Below, one piece after another: positions 7,361 to 17,600 of a stretch of 21,772 nucleotides of DNA (positions are counted from its first letter, which is position 1; each line of letters starts with the position of its first letter). The notes beneath the pieces were generated by a model that was given only the letters and a program-made list of their open reading frames with translations, was not told the DNA's origin and did not search any database. The DNA is from a virus. Lineage: Duplodnaviria; Heunggongvirae; Uroviricota; Caudoviricetes. The DNA is taken from the IMG/VR virus record IMGVR_UViG_3300029548_000183; one strand, given 5' to 3'. Position numbers and translations under genes: made by a program.

Positions 7361-7609
7361 ATGGCACTGGTAACAAAGAAAAATGTAAAAGTAGGATTAA
7401 AAATATTTTCATGTTGGGATGACAGACCTTTGGATGGCTTTGGGTATAGCAGCAGCATCATAACCGAAGTTTTTGATGACCATTATTTATATACTGATCT
7501 TGACTTGAACATAAAAGACATTTGGGGTGAATATGACACGAATCCGGAAACTGATTCAGTGGCAGTGTTCACAACTGAAAATGAAGCAAAAAAATGGCTA
7601 AAAATTTAG
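7361..7609 (+). CDS. Hypothetical protein (82 aa), phage-like C-terminal 'VFTTENEAKKWL'
   Basis: RBS GAAAGGAG and an intact ORF followed by a terminator. Confidence 0.8.
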   Translation: MALVTKKNVKVGLKIFSCWDDRPLDGFGYSSSIITEVFDDHYLYTDLDLNIKDIWGEYDTNPETDSVAVFTTENEAKKWLKI

Positions 7610-7626
7610 CAAAAATATTAAAAATT

Positions 7627-7652
7627 GGAGTCATGACATGACTCCTTTTTTT
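7627..7652 (+). terminator. Rho-independent terminator
   Basis: GGAGTCATG/CATGACTCC perfect inverted repeat plus T7. Confidence 0.8.
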
Positions 7653-7667
7653 AATATCTAAAAACAT

Positions 7668-7685
7668 AACCATATTAGATATGTA
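7668..7685 (+). promoter_or_regulatory. Repeated upstream motif copy 3 (AACCATATTAGATATGTA)
   Basis: Directly after the terminator, in the same arrangement as copies 1 and 2. Confidence 0.5.
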
Positions 7686-7734
7686 GCCTAAAATTAATTT
7701 TTAAAAAAAGAAAACATAAAAAGTAATCTCATAA

Positions 7735-7845
7735 GAAAAATTAGAGTGTTTTTCTGATAAAATATGGGCATGGGATTGTGGTCCTGTTGTATTAAGTGTA
7801 TACCAAAAGCATAAAAAATATTTGTTGTTGGATATTCCAATAAAA
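7735..7845 (+). pseudogene. Fragment of a Panacea/SocA (DUF4065) antitoxin domain
   Basis: The startless frame reads EKLECFSDKIWAWDCGPVVLSVYQKHKKYLLLDIP, matching the 'F...I.AW..GPV...VY...K.Y' signature. In-frame stops lie upstream at 7702, 7717 and 7732. Confidence 0.55.
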
Positions 7846-8217
7846 GAATATAGCATTGATTTATTGAAAGCAATTTTAACAATGTTTTCAACAGCACTTT
7901 TAGCAGTTCAACATATTGTTGGTCTTTTTGCAAAAAACATTGAAATATCATACATACCACTTTCCGTTACTTTTTTAACCATTTTTATTGGAAGTCTTGG
8001 AACTGACAAATCAAAATGGATAAAACGTTTATCTTTGATAATAACAATTTTAATAGTAACTTGTGGTTGTGTTATATATAGCATTAATGGATATAATATA
8101 AATATGAATGAACAGTATTATTTTTATTATAAAAAAGTGGTATTTTTCATAATAGGCATTTTATCATTAATGTTAAGTATTGCTTACATAAATAAAATAT
8201 GTGGTTTAAAAGAATAG
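7822..8217 (+). CDS. Membrane protein (~4 TM segments), start uncertain, possibly a truncated remnant
   Basis: Four hydrophobic stretches. TTG start without a good RBS. In frame with the Panacea-like fragment. Confidence 0.5.
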   Translation: MLLDIPIKEYSIDLLKAILTMFSTALLAVQHIVGLFAKNIEISYIPLSVTFLTIFIGSLGTDKSKWIKRLSLIITILIVTCGCVIYSINGYNINMNEQYYFYYKKVVFFIIGILSLMLSIAYINKICGLKE

Positions 8218-8229
8218 GAGGATTACATT

Positions 8230-8496
8230 ATGTTATATTTGATAGTTACTTTGTGTGTAAGTTGTGTATTAATGATTTCATATTTGTATTTTAATAACAA
8301 AGTAAAAAAAGAAAGAATGATTAAGGAATTGAATAATAAAAAACTATATGATTTTTATGAACAGGAAATAGATAAGATTAATTTGACTTTAGCTGGAACA
8401 AAAAATGATGCTAATATTGATTTTGAATTTAAGGATGCCATAAAGCAGATTAATTTATCTGATTTTACTAGAATAAAAATCTATAATGAAAGGTAA
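8230..8496 (+). CDS. Hypothetical protein with N-terminal membrane anchor (88 aa)
   Basis: RBS AGGAGG. Hydrophobic N-terminus followed by a charged helix. Confidence 0.75.
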   Translation: MLYLIVTLCVSCVLMISYLYFNNKVKKERMIKELNNKKLYDFYEQEIDKINLTLAGTKNDANIDFEFKDAIKQINLSDFTRIKIYNER

Positions 8497-8502
8497 GTAG
8501 AT

Positions 8503-9015
8503 ATGGTTAAGAAAGACTTCTTAAATTTTTATGATAATGTAATATTGAAATTGGGTAGACGCTTCGAAAAAGAATATCCAGAATTCTCTTTTTGTAGTAA
8601 TCCTTCTTCTTTATATGAAGAATATCTTAATCAAAAAACAATGTTACGTATCCTTTACAAAAAAGAAGAAGGCATAAATAAGACTTTATTGGACCAACAC
8701 AAAGTGTATGCTTGTATGACTGTTGCAATCATAAAAGTAAGACTCTTAAGTAATAATATTGGTTCAGATTCTGGTTTTGAATTATCAAATGCCTCAAAAA
8801 TTAATGAACAATTAGCTTTTTTAAGTGTTTGGGAATTATTCAAAGGTATTATTATGTTACACGAAAACTTAAAATATAAAAATATAGATTTGCCAAAGAC
8901 ATATCATAATGTTTCATTCATGGATACCATAACTCGTTCATTGTTTATGGCAAATCAATTAAACACATTGTCAACACCTTTAATTGCAAACATATTCTTT
9001 CTGTTAGAAAAATAA
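8503..9015 (+). CDS. Hypothetical helical protein (170 aa) with LDQHK...NE.LAF...FLLE pattern
   Basis: RBS AAAGGT and an intact ORF coupled to the upstream gene. Confidence 0.8.
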   Translation: MVKKDFLNFYDNVILKLGRRFEKEYPEFSFCSNPSSLYEEYLNQKTMLRILYKKEEGINKTLLDQHKVYACMTVAIIKVRLLSNNIGSDSGFELSNASKINEQLAFLSVWELFKGIIMLHENLKYKNIDLPKTYHNVSFMDTITRSLFMANQLNTLSTPLIANIFFLLEK

Positions 9016-9180
9016 TGTGAATTGCAAAATGAATAATAGCTGCATTGGATTTATTTCCAGTGCAGTTTTTTTTACTTAAAATTCTTTTAAAAACACACTT
9101 GCAAAAAAATGGCGTGGTTTTAATTATGGTATAATCTTCATATAAGATTAAGGCTGACAAGCAAATAATTCATTTTTTAT

Positions 9181-9209
9181 TTGATTGTCAAATAATATCA
9201 TATTATAAT
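9181..9209 (+). promoter_or_regulatory. Sigma-A promoter of the Big_2 protein gene
   Basis: TTGATT (9181-9186), 17 bp, TATAAT (9204-9209). RBS AGGAGG downstream. Confidence 0.6.
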
Positions 9210-9247
9210 TGTAGCTAAGCAAAACAAAAAAAGGAGGATAATTTAAT

Positions 9248-11074
9248 ATGAAAACAACAGGATTAAAAAAATTAATTATCACTTCATGCTGTGCCTTAAT
9301 GCTTGCAACATTCGTACCAATGATTGGCACAACCAATGTTCAGGCAAAGACTATCAGTGTGAAAAAGAATGCCACAAAGGCAATTAAATACAAAGAGGGT
9401 AAAAAAGTTACTCTCAAACTTAAAGGCTCAAAGAAAACAACATACAAGAGCAATAAGAAAAGTGTTGCATCCGTTGACAAAAAGGGTGTTGTAACACTTA
9501 AGAAAATTGGAAAGACAAAAATTACATTAAAGAACAAGAAAAACAAGAAAAAGGTTAATTGCACAATTGTTTCTTATGGAATCAAGAGAAACAGCCTCAT
9601 TCTTGGAAAAGGCGTCAAGTCAAAGATTGTGGCTCTTGACAAGTATGGAAAGAAAAAATTTACATACAAGTCTTCAAATTCAAAGGTAGCAACAGTCAGC
9701 AAGAAAGGTGTCATCACTGCAAAGAGTGTCGGCGCTGCAAATGTAAAGGTTTACTACAAGTACAAGAAGGGCAAGAAGACAAAGAAGGCTCTTCTCGGAA
9801 CGGTCAAGGTAAGAGTTGAGGCAACAAGTCAGGGCATCAAAAAGACATCAATGACTGTCAGCACGGAAGCAACTCAGACAATCAACGCATGGGACAAGTA
9901 TGGCAATGACTCAGCATCAGGAAAGCTTAAGTTTGTTTCTTCAGACAAGAATCTTGTTTCAGTAACAAATAAGGGTGTTGTATCAAAGGTAAGAGGCTCT
10001 GAAAACGGCAATGCAACTGTAACTGTTTACAGCAGCAAGAATCAGAAGATTGGTGATGTATCTGTTAAAACAGAAGACTTCTCAATCACATACACAAGAG
10101 CTGACGGCACAAGGGGTGTTGTTGGAAGACTTCAGAATGAAACTTATCTCTATCAGTACAACCTGCTTGTAAGAGAATCATCTGCCAAAATTAAGGCATA
10201 CTTTGGTGACATGTTCAAGGATGTTTCAGGATACTACACATGTGAACTTACAAGTCCCAAAAACTTTACCTACAGTGTTGTGACTGATGAAGATTATGGC
10301 TATGTTGCATCCTTCAAGGAAAGCTGTGGCAACATTAAGATTACAGGCAGTGACATCATTGATTATGATTATGACAGTGAATACAGTCATCAGAATACAT
10401 ACGAGGATTATATTCATTCATTGTCTTTTAAAATTGGCAGTGACAGCCCAAAGGAATTTAGAAATGCAGTAAAAAATGGAAAAGTAGGAACTGGTGCATT
10501 AACAAATGCTTACATTTCATCAGATGGCATCATTTATGGTGGAGCAAAGGCCGGATGGGCTGCAGTTGACTTATGCAAGGTCAAGGTTGGTGACAAGTAC
10601 TTCATCATTGAAATGTTCTTTAACAGAACTGCAACTGAAAAGGGTGACATATTACGTGGAGAAAACACACTTAATGATGATGGATATGTTGAGATGCCTA
10701 GATGGTATTATCCGGGTACAAATTCAAATTATACAGGTAGTGATTATTACAATATGAGCATTACATTATGTCCAACCGTATATCAGATGAAGGCACATGA
10801 TGCCATCTTTGGTGTTCCAAATGACACATTCTTAAATAAGGTGAGAACAGAAGAAAAATTCAAGGATGTTGCTTTTAATGACATTGACTATAATAATGAT
10901 TGGGAATGGGAAGAACTGGGAGAAGAACTTCCTGCTATGCCAGGATTGAAAAGTGGATATTGGAAAGGTGATACATTCTACAGACCATTTTATAAAGATG
11001 AAACTCTTCTCACAGCAAGAGAGTTTTATGAAAAAGGAATAAGAAGTCATAGCAATGACTATAAACTTTATTAA
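9248..11074 (+). CDS. Secreted/surface protein with N-terminal bacterial Ig-like group 2 (Big_2) repeats and an unknown acidic C-terminal domain
   Basis: Sec signal ending VQA. Three repeats: TYKSNKKSVASVDKKGVVT, TYKSSNSKVATVSKKGVITA and FVSSDKNLVSVTNKGVVS. Very Lys-rich N-half; Tyr/Asp-rich C-half. Confidence 0.85.
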   Translation: MKTTGLKKLIITSCCALMLATFVPMIGTTNVQAKTISVKKNATKAIKYKEGKKVTLKLKGSKKTTYKSNKKSVASVDKKGVVTLKKIGKTKITLKNKKNKKKVNCTIVSYGIKRNSLILGKGVKSKIVALDKYGKKKFTYKSSNSKVATVSKKGVITAKSVGAANVKVYYKYKKGKKTKKALLGTVKVRVEATSQGIKKTSMTVSTEATQTINAWDKYGNDSASGKLKFVSSDKNLVSVTNKGVVSKVRGSENGNATVTVYSSKNQKIGDVSVKTEDFSITYTRADGTRGVVGRLQNETYLYQYNLLVRESSAKIKAYFGDMFKDVSGYYTCELTSPKNFTYSVVTDEDYGYVASFKESCGNIKITGSDIIDYDYDSEYSHQNTYEDYIHSLSFKIGSDSPKEFRNAVKNGKVGTGALTNAYISSDGIIYGGAKAGWAAVDLCKVKVGDKYFIIEMFFNRTATEKGDILRGENTLNDDGYVEMPRWYYPGTNSNYTGSDYYNMSITLCPTVYQMKAHDAIFGVPNDTFLNKVRTEEKFKDVAFNDIDYNNDWEWEELGEELPAMPGLKSGYWKGDTFYRPFYKDETLLTAREFYEKGIRSHSNDYKLY

Positions 11075-11086
11075 TTTCCAAGTTGA

Positions 11087-11128
11087 AGTACTGTATCAGA
11101 TGTAAAAGTCTGGTACAGTATTTTTTTT
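11087..11128 (+). terminator. Rho-independent terminator
   Basis: AGTACTGTATCAGA/TCTGGTACAGTATT stem plus a T run. Confidence 0.8.
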
Positions 11129-11369
11129 AAACTAACCAATCTGCACACGAATACGTGGCAGGTTTAAGTACATAAGGACTTCACTTAAGGTTCCTGACAT
11201 GAGACATTGGCAGATCTCCCTGAAAAGTGTCATCATCTTTTTTTATGCCTGAAAGCTGTCCGGTATAGTCTCTTAGTTGCATAAGTATAATGTCAAGAAA
11301 ATATTATGCTTTTCTATAAAATGAATATTTAAATCATCATTATAAAATTTAATAGTAATTGAAATTTTT

Positions 11370-11414
11370 AGTGTGGAAATCAGACAACAATTTGGTTTTC
11401 ACACTTATTTTTTT
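11370..11414 (+). terminator. Terminator-like hairpin with no ORF directly upstream
   Basis: AGTGTGGAAATCAGA/TTTGGTTTTCACACT 15-bp stem with G-U pairs, followed by a T tract. Confidence 0.55.
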
Positions 11415-11494
11415 GTTCTTTTGGAATGCAAAAATCCTAATTTTCCTTGATTTTGTAAAATAAAAAATAATTAAAAATGATAAAGCAAGGCAAC

Positions 11495-11503
11495 AACCAT
11501 ATT
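11495..11503 (+). promoter_or_regulatory. Repeated upstream motif copy 4 (AACCATATT)
   Basis: AACAACCATATTGAAAGAG lies ~110 bp upstream of the giant gene. Confidence 0.45.
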
Positions 11504-11609
11504 GAAAGAGATGGGAATGGAATGCCAATTGCCATTTTAAATTATGAGGATTTTAGAGGTGGAAGATTAAAAGGTTTCCACCTATATTGATGGAAGGAGA
11601 ATATTATTT

Positions 11610-14600
11610 ATGAATACTAAGAAATTATTAAGAAATTTATCAATTATTATGTTCTTGCTCTTTGTAGGAGTTTTTGCTCAGGCAACTCAGGTTAGTGCAA
11701 AGAATGTAAAAAATTACAGTGAGTTATGTGCTGCAGCAAAGGACAAGGATGTAACAACAATCACTGTAACACAAAAAATATATTTAACAGGAAGTGTTGA
11801 GTTTACCGGAACAAAGACATTGAAGCCGTCAAGTGGTAGCAAGAACATTGTTGTTTCTTCTTCCGGTGATGCAAAAAACTGGATTCACGTGAACGGTAAT
11901 CTTATCCTCAGTGGAAACTTAACCATTCAGGGAAGAACATCAAACAGTAAGTCACTCATATGGGTAGACAATGGCACACTTACAATGGGAGATGGAGTAA
12001 CATTAAAGGGAAATACTAACACTAACAAGGAAACTGCAGGTGCAGTGTGGCTTGATGGCAAGTCAACCTTCAACATGAAGGGTGGCACCATCACGGGATG
12101 CAAAAATATTCATGTCGGTGGTGTAAACGTAAGCTCCAGATCAACCTTCAACATGAGTGGAGGCACAATTACAAATTGTATTGCAAGTGACACGGATAAT
12201 AATAAGGCTAATGGTGGTGGAGTAAACAACCATGGAACATTCAACTTTACCGGTGGAACAATTACCAAAAACACAAGTTATGGTGAAGGTGGTGGAGTTT
12301 ACAACACTGGAACCTTCAATATGAGTGGAAGTGCTGAATTAAGCTCCAATCATTCAACTCAGGAAGGTGGGGGATTGTTTTCAAAAAATCCGGATGGTGG
12401 TCAGGCAAATGCAACAATTACTGATGGACTCATAAAAGGCAATTGGACAAATAATGGTTCAGGCGGTGGTGTTGGAAGTTACTATGGAGCAAATCTTACA
12501 ATAGGTTCTTCATCAAACACATCAAGAGGTGGATATCCATGGTTTGACCAAAATACTGCCAAAGGCTCAGGTGGAGCCGTCAGAGGTAACGGTGGTGCCA
12601 AAGGAAAAAGTTGTGGTAACACATACATATACAAGGGCACGTTCACGGACAACACTGCAACTGACAATGGTGGAGCAATTTCCATCTTTGGAAAGGGCAG
12701 TTCTGCAAGTAAGTCATCAAACTTCATCTGCAGATATGCCGTGATTGAAAGAAACACTGCGGGGAATGGTGGAGGAATTGACATTGCTGAGAGTGTTTCA
12801 GTTAATGAATCCGTCAGAAACTGTCTCATGATAAACAACAAGGCAAGTGGGAATGGTGGTGCAATCAACACTGCATCAGGTCTCACAGTTCAGGCACCAA
12901 TGCAGTTTGCTTATGACACTGCCAATAACAGGGCAGAAGGAAACTATGCAGTTGGAAAGGGTGGAATCATCTATGCAACATCAGGAACCCTCACACTCAC
13001 GGGAACGTCAGACAGTGCATTGTATTTTGAATTTGGTAAAAGTGGTTCATCAGGTGGTGGTGTGTATGCCACTGAATCTGCAACTGTAAAAATAAATGAC
13101 AATGTTAACATTTCAAGATGCAGGGCAGGAAACACGGGCTGTGCAAATCGCCAAAATTGGAACCTGGGTTATGGCTCGGTGAAGGACTCAAATGGCAATC
13201 TCCTTGATGCAAACGGTGGTGCCATGTTCATAGGTAAAAAGTTGGAAATCAAGTCAACAAATGGAAGTGTAAACATCTATGACAACTGTGCAAGTAACGG
13301 TGGTGCCATTTATCTTACTGAAAAGGCAGATCTTGAAATTGATGCCAATACAAATCGTAATTCAAATGTATACATGAACATTTTTGATAACACTGCAAAA
13401 CATAATGGTGGAGCAATTAGCACACGAGGAAGCATTTCTGCATTAAAATATGTAAACTTGTTTAGAAACTTGGCTCAGGGTGAAGATAACTATGCCGGCA
13501 ATGGTGGTGGAATCTATAAGTCAAATGGTACTTACAACAATGAGGTAACCGGAATTCAGGACATCAAGCTTACTTACAACAAGGCAAAGAGCCTTGGCGG
13601 TGCTATTTACAATGAAGGAAATGTAACAAGTGGCAACACAGTTGCAATTAACGGAAGCTCTGCGATTTACGGCTCTGCCCTCTACAATGTGGGTTCATTC
13701 AATGTCTCGGCATTCAATGCACATGATAATGGTGGAACCCTGACACTCAAGAGAGTGACTGAAACAACAAATGGCACAAGTAACTACAAGGAGCATGTTG
13801 AACCGTCATATGATGGAAGTTCCGTATTCACCACGGATGGTGCTGTTTACAACACCGGAAGTCTTTCACTTTCAGGTGCAGGCAAGATTCAGAACAACGT
13901 GGCAAAAAGTGGAGGCTCGGCCATCTTTAACAATGGCACAATATCCAACCTTAACGGCACAATTTCAGGTAATTCAGGCTGTGAGTCGGTAATCTATAAC
14001 TGTCAGTACAAGTCAATTGTGGCAAGTGTGGATGACACAAATGTTCTTTCAATAACTGACAACAAGGGGGTAAATATATGGAACTATGGCTCAATTTCTG
14101 TAAATGGTAATAGTTCTGATAAAACAAACTTTACCGTTAAGAATGGTACATTATATGGAGAAATCCTTAATGGTGTGTCAAGTAACTCAATTGTTGCATC
14201 TTTTTATGTTACAGGAGCTACAATTGATATTGGTTCAGACACAAGTTCATCAAAACTTTATGCCATTAACAATGCAAGAGGCAGAGTTACATTTAAAAAC
14301 TGTAAAGGAAAAATCACATCAAATAATGGAATTACTGTAAACAACCAGTCACCAAGTACATTTGTATACTCAGGTGGTGGTGAAACTGTATTTACTAGTT
14401 CTGCAACTAATGGAACAATCGTTCAGAATGATGGTGGAGCTTCTGTTGGAGCTGGTGCTTATATTTTCCCAATGGAAAAGAGTGAAATAACTACAAAATA
14501 TGGAATTTATAACAATACAGATGCAACTCTTACTGTTGCTGCTACAATTGTAGGAAAACAGGCTAATTATGCAGGAACAATGGAAACTGGAATTTATAAT

Positions 14601-17600
14601 CAGGGAGAATTAAAACAGTTTGCAGGCACAATTACAAGTGAAACCAAGTATGGAATTGATAATAAAAATCTTATTGAATTTTGTGAGGGACAAATAAATA
14701 ATTGTGACACGGGACTTATGAATGAATATCAGGGAGTCAGTGAAAATAAGGTAACTGTAATCAAAAAAATAATCACTGATTTTGAAAAAAACAAAAGAGC
14801 ACTTCTTTCATATGGAAATGTAAATTCATTGGGAGGAAACTATAAAAACAATGGAGCAGATGATGTTGATGGCTCTGCAATTTATACATTTGGAAATAAT
14901 GCAAAAGTTTACATAGGTGATGCTGATACAACAACAAGATATAAAAATCCAATTATTGCAGGAAATATTGCAAAAGATGGTACAGTGTATGTTGGTACAG
15001 GGTCAAAAGTGACCTGTGATGGACAGTTTAATAACTCATTGGCAAATACAGCTCAGAGAGGCGGATTTGCATACATTGGAATGTATGGAACTCTATTGCA
15101 TAAAAAAGGAAAACTTCCTTATGGCTCAGCAGAGAAAGGTTCAGGTGTTTACATTTATTCTAATGGAAGTATACCAAAGGGAAGTTATCAGATAATGGGT
15201 GATGCTTCATTGGCTGATGGAACAGATGTTTATGAAGATCCATATACTTATGTGGAAATAGTAGGTGAACTTACAGGAAATGATATATTCACTATAACTC
15301 CATCGGAAGATTCAACAAATAATGGACGTGTTATAGCAGATGTAACGTATGATGGGAAAAATAATAATGACATAACAGCCAAAGATTCATTATACATTTC
15401 AGGAACAATGGATGATGAAAACAATGGACTAACTGTTAAAAAGAGATTTGTTTCAACAGGAAAATATGATGTAAGATGTACAGACAAACTTCAGAATGAG
15501 GGAAAAATCAATCTTTTTACTGGAAAAGACAGGGTTGACAGTAATAAAAATACAAGTGGATATGAAACAAACTACACAGAATTAAAGGCAACAAATGATA
15601 GCACAAATGATGCAATTATCTTAAGTGAAAAATATGAGGTGAGATACCACACTAACCTTGAAAAAGGTGTTGAAGTTTTAAATATGCCAGGAACATCAGA
15701 ACTAACAGATGTTGAAGGAAGTGACTGCAAGGTTACAGGATATGGTTCAAACCATACTGTAAGTTCCCTTGCAAAGATGGAATTTACTTCTTCAGATGGT
15801 ACAACATCTGCTTATACTGCATACATTGCAGACAAGCCAACTTTTGATGGCTATGATGAAACTTACTTTAAACTAGTAGAATCAACAGTAAGAAAAACAA
15901 CAAGTGTAACAACAAATGTATCAAATCCTAGTGATCTTGCAGATATGCCATTTAACGAAGAAACTTCAAATGAATATTATACAATAAAGGATGGAAAAAT
16001 TTACATTAATAAAACAGGAATTTTCTCAATGAACCTAAGTATATCTGGAATGGCAACAAACCTTTATCTTTATGACAATGGGGAAAAAATCACATGGAAT
16101 AAAGGCACCAACATTACAAGTAATTCAGGTAAATTCACCTCAAATCCAAAGTGTGAGTATTATTTACAAAAGGGAGATGTTATTTCCATTAAGAATTATA
16201 AGTATTCAGGAATGCAGGTAACAAGTGGTACAATTTCATTTTCAAACATGCCGGGACTTGAGGCACAAAAGAGTTTCCAAATGAAAATGGGTGATGCTTT
16301 TTTTAAGCCAAGCCAAACAACTTTTTATCCACTCTTGGATTCATGGAGTTCCATAACTTATGGTAATATAAATTCTGTTGACGGAAACATCCACATGTCA
16401 ACATGGGAAAATCAGACAATTTCTCTTGATAAAGGAGACATCATAGGACTGTATACAACAACAGAGAAGTATTATGCATCAGGATCAATTGAACTTGATT
16501 TTTCAATTCTTGAACATAATACATCATTGGCAACAGTATATACAGAATACAAGTATTGGTATGAAGATTACACAATGTCAGATAGAGAGCCAAAGGCAAG
16601 AAAACATACATTCATAAAAGATAAGTCATGGAATGAAAACTCTGATGGAAATGGAACGGTTCATTCCCTTGGTGCAAGGTATGATGACAACAATGACCTT
16701 GATGTATATGCCATCTGGACATCGGTAATTGATAGTTATGAGGTTCAAGTATATCATTTTGTAATGGACACAACAGGTTCATATGATAAGGCAAAGGTAT
16801 ATCAGCTTTCAAAAAACACAGTGAATGATTATGGAATGCATACAACAGTAAAAGTTCTTGAAAATCAAAAACTTACAAACATGGACAATGATACATTAAA
16901 CAATTATATTGATAATCAGTTTGTTGATGAAGGTTACACAAAGTATTCAAGATACGAATTAGAAAATACTAATGATGATGGAACACCAAAAAGTGATGGA
17001 ACAACAAAAATTTCAATATATTATAGTAGACAGGCATACAAGATGGCTCTTTATGGTGATGATGGAGTTTACAACCTGTATGCAAGAGGAACATCAGGAA
17101 TGGTGGGCTCTGCAACTGCAACAGGCACTGCAAGATATGACACATACTATGGTGATGAAAGTAAGGACGGAAGGGAAGTTCTTGCAAGAACTGTTTACTA
17201 TGCAACAAGAAAGGGTACTGACATTTATTTCAGAGCTCAGTTAAAGAAAAACACAACACTTGAGGGATTCCATCTTTGCAGAGATGAAGGATTGAACATA
17301 TATGGTCCCAAAATGAGTTACACGGATGAGGGAAACAGAACTTATGTAATGATTCGAAGCACGGTTTATGCCAGTGACATTCAGGTTGTTGTCAAGACAT
17401 ACAAGGACGGTCCGGTGACAGTAAGATATGCTCTTGAAAACAGAAACAATGACAATTACACGGTCATTGAGGGCAAGAACACAACCATAAATTCAAGTGG
17501 AAACAAAATAGATGTAAATAGTTTACTTAATAATAAATACATTCCAACTGATGGCTCATTATATTATGGATATCTTCTTTATACTAATGAAGAATCTGGT

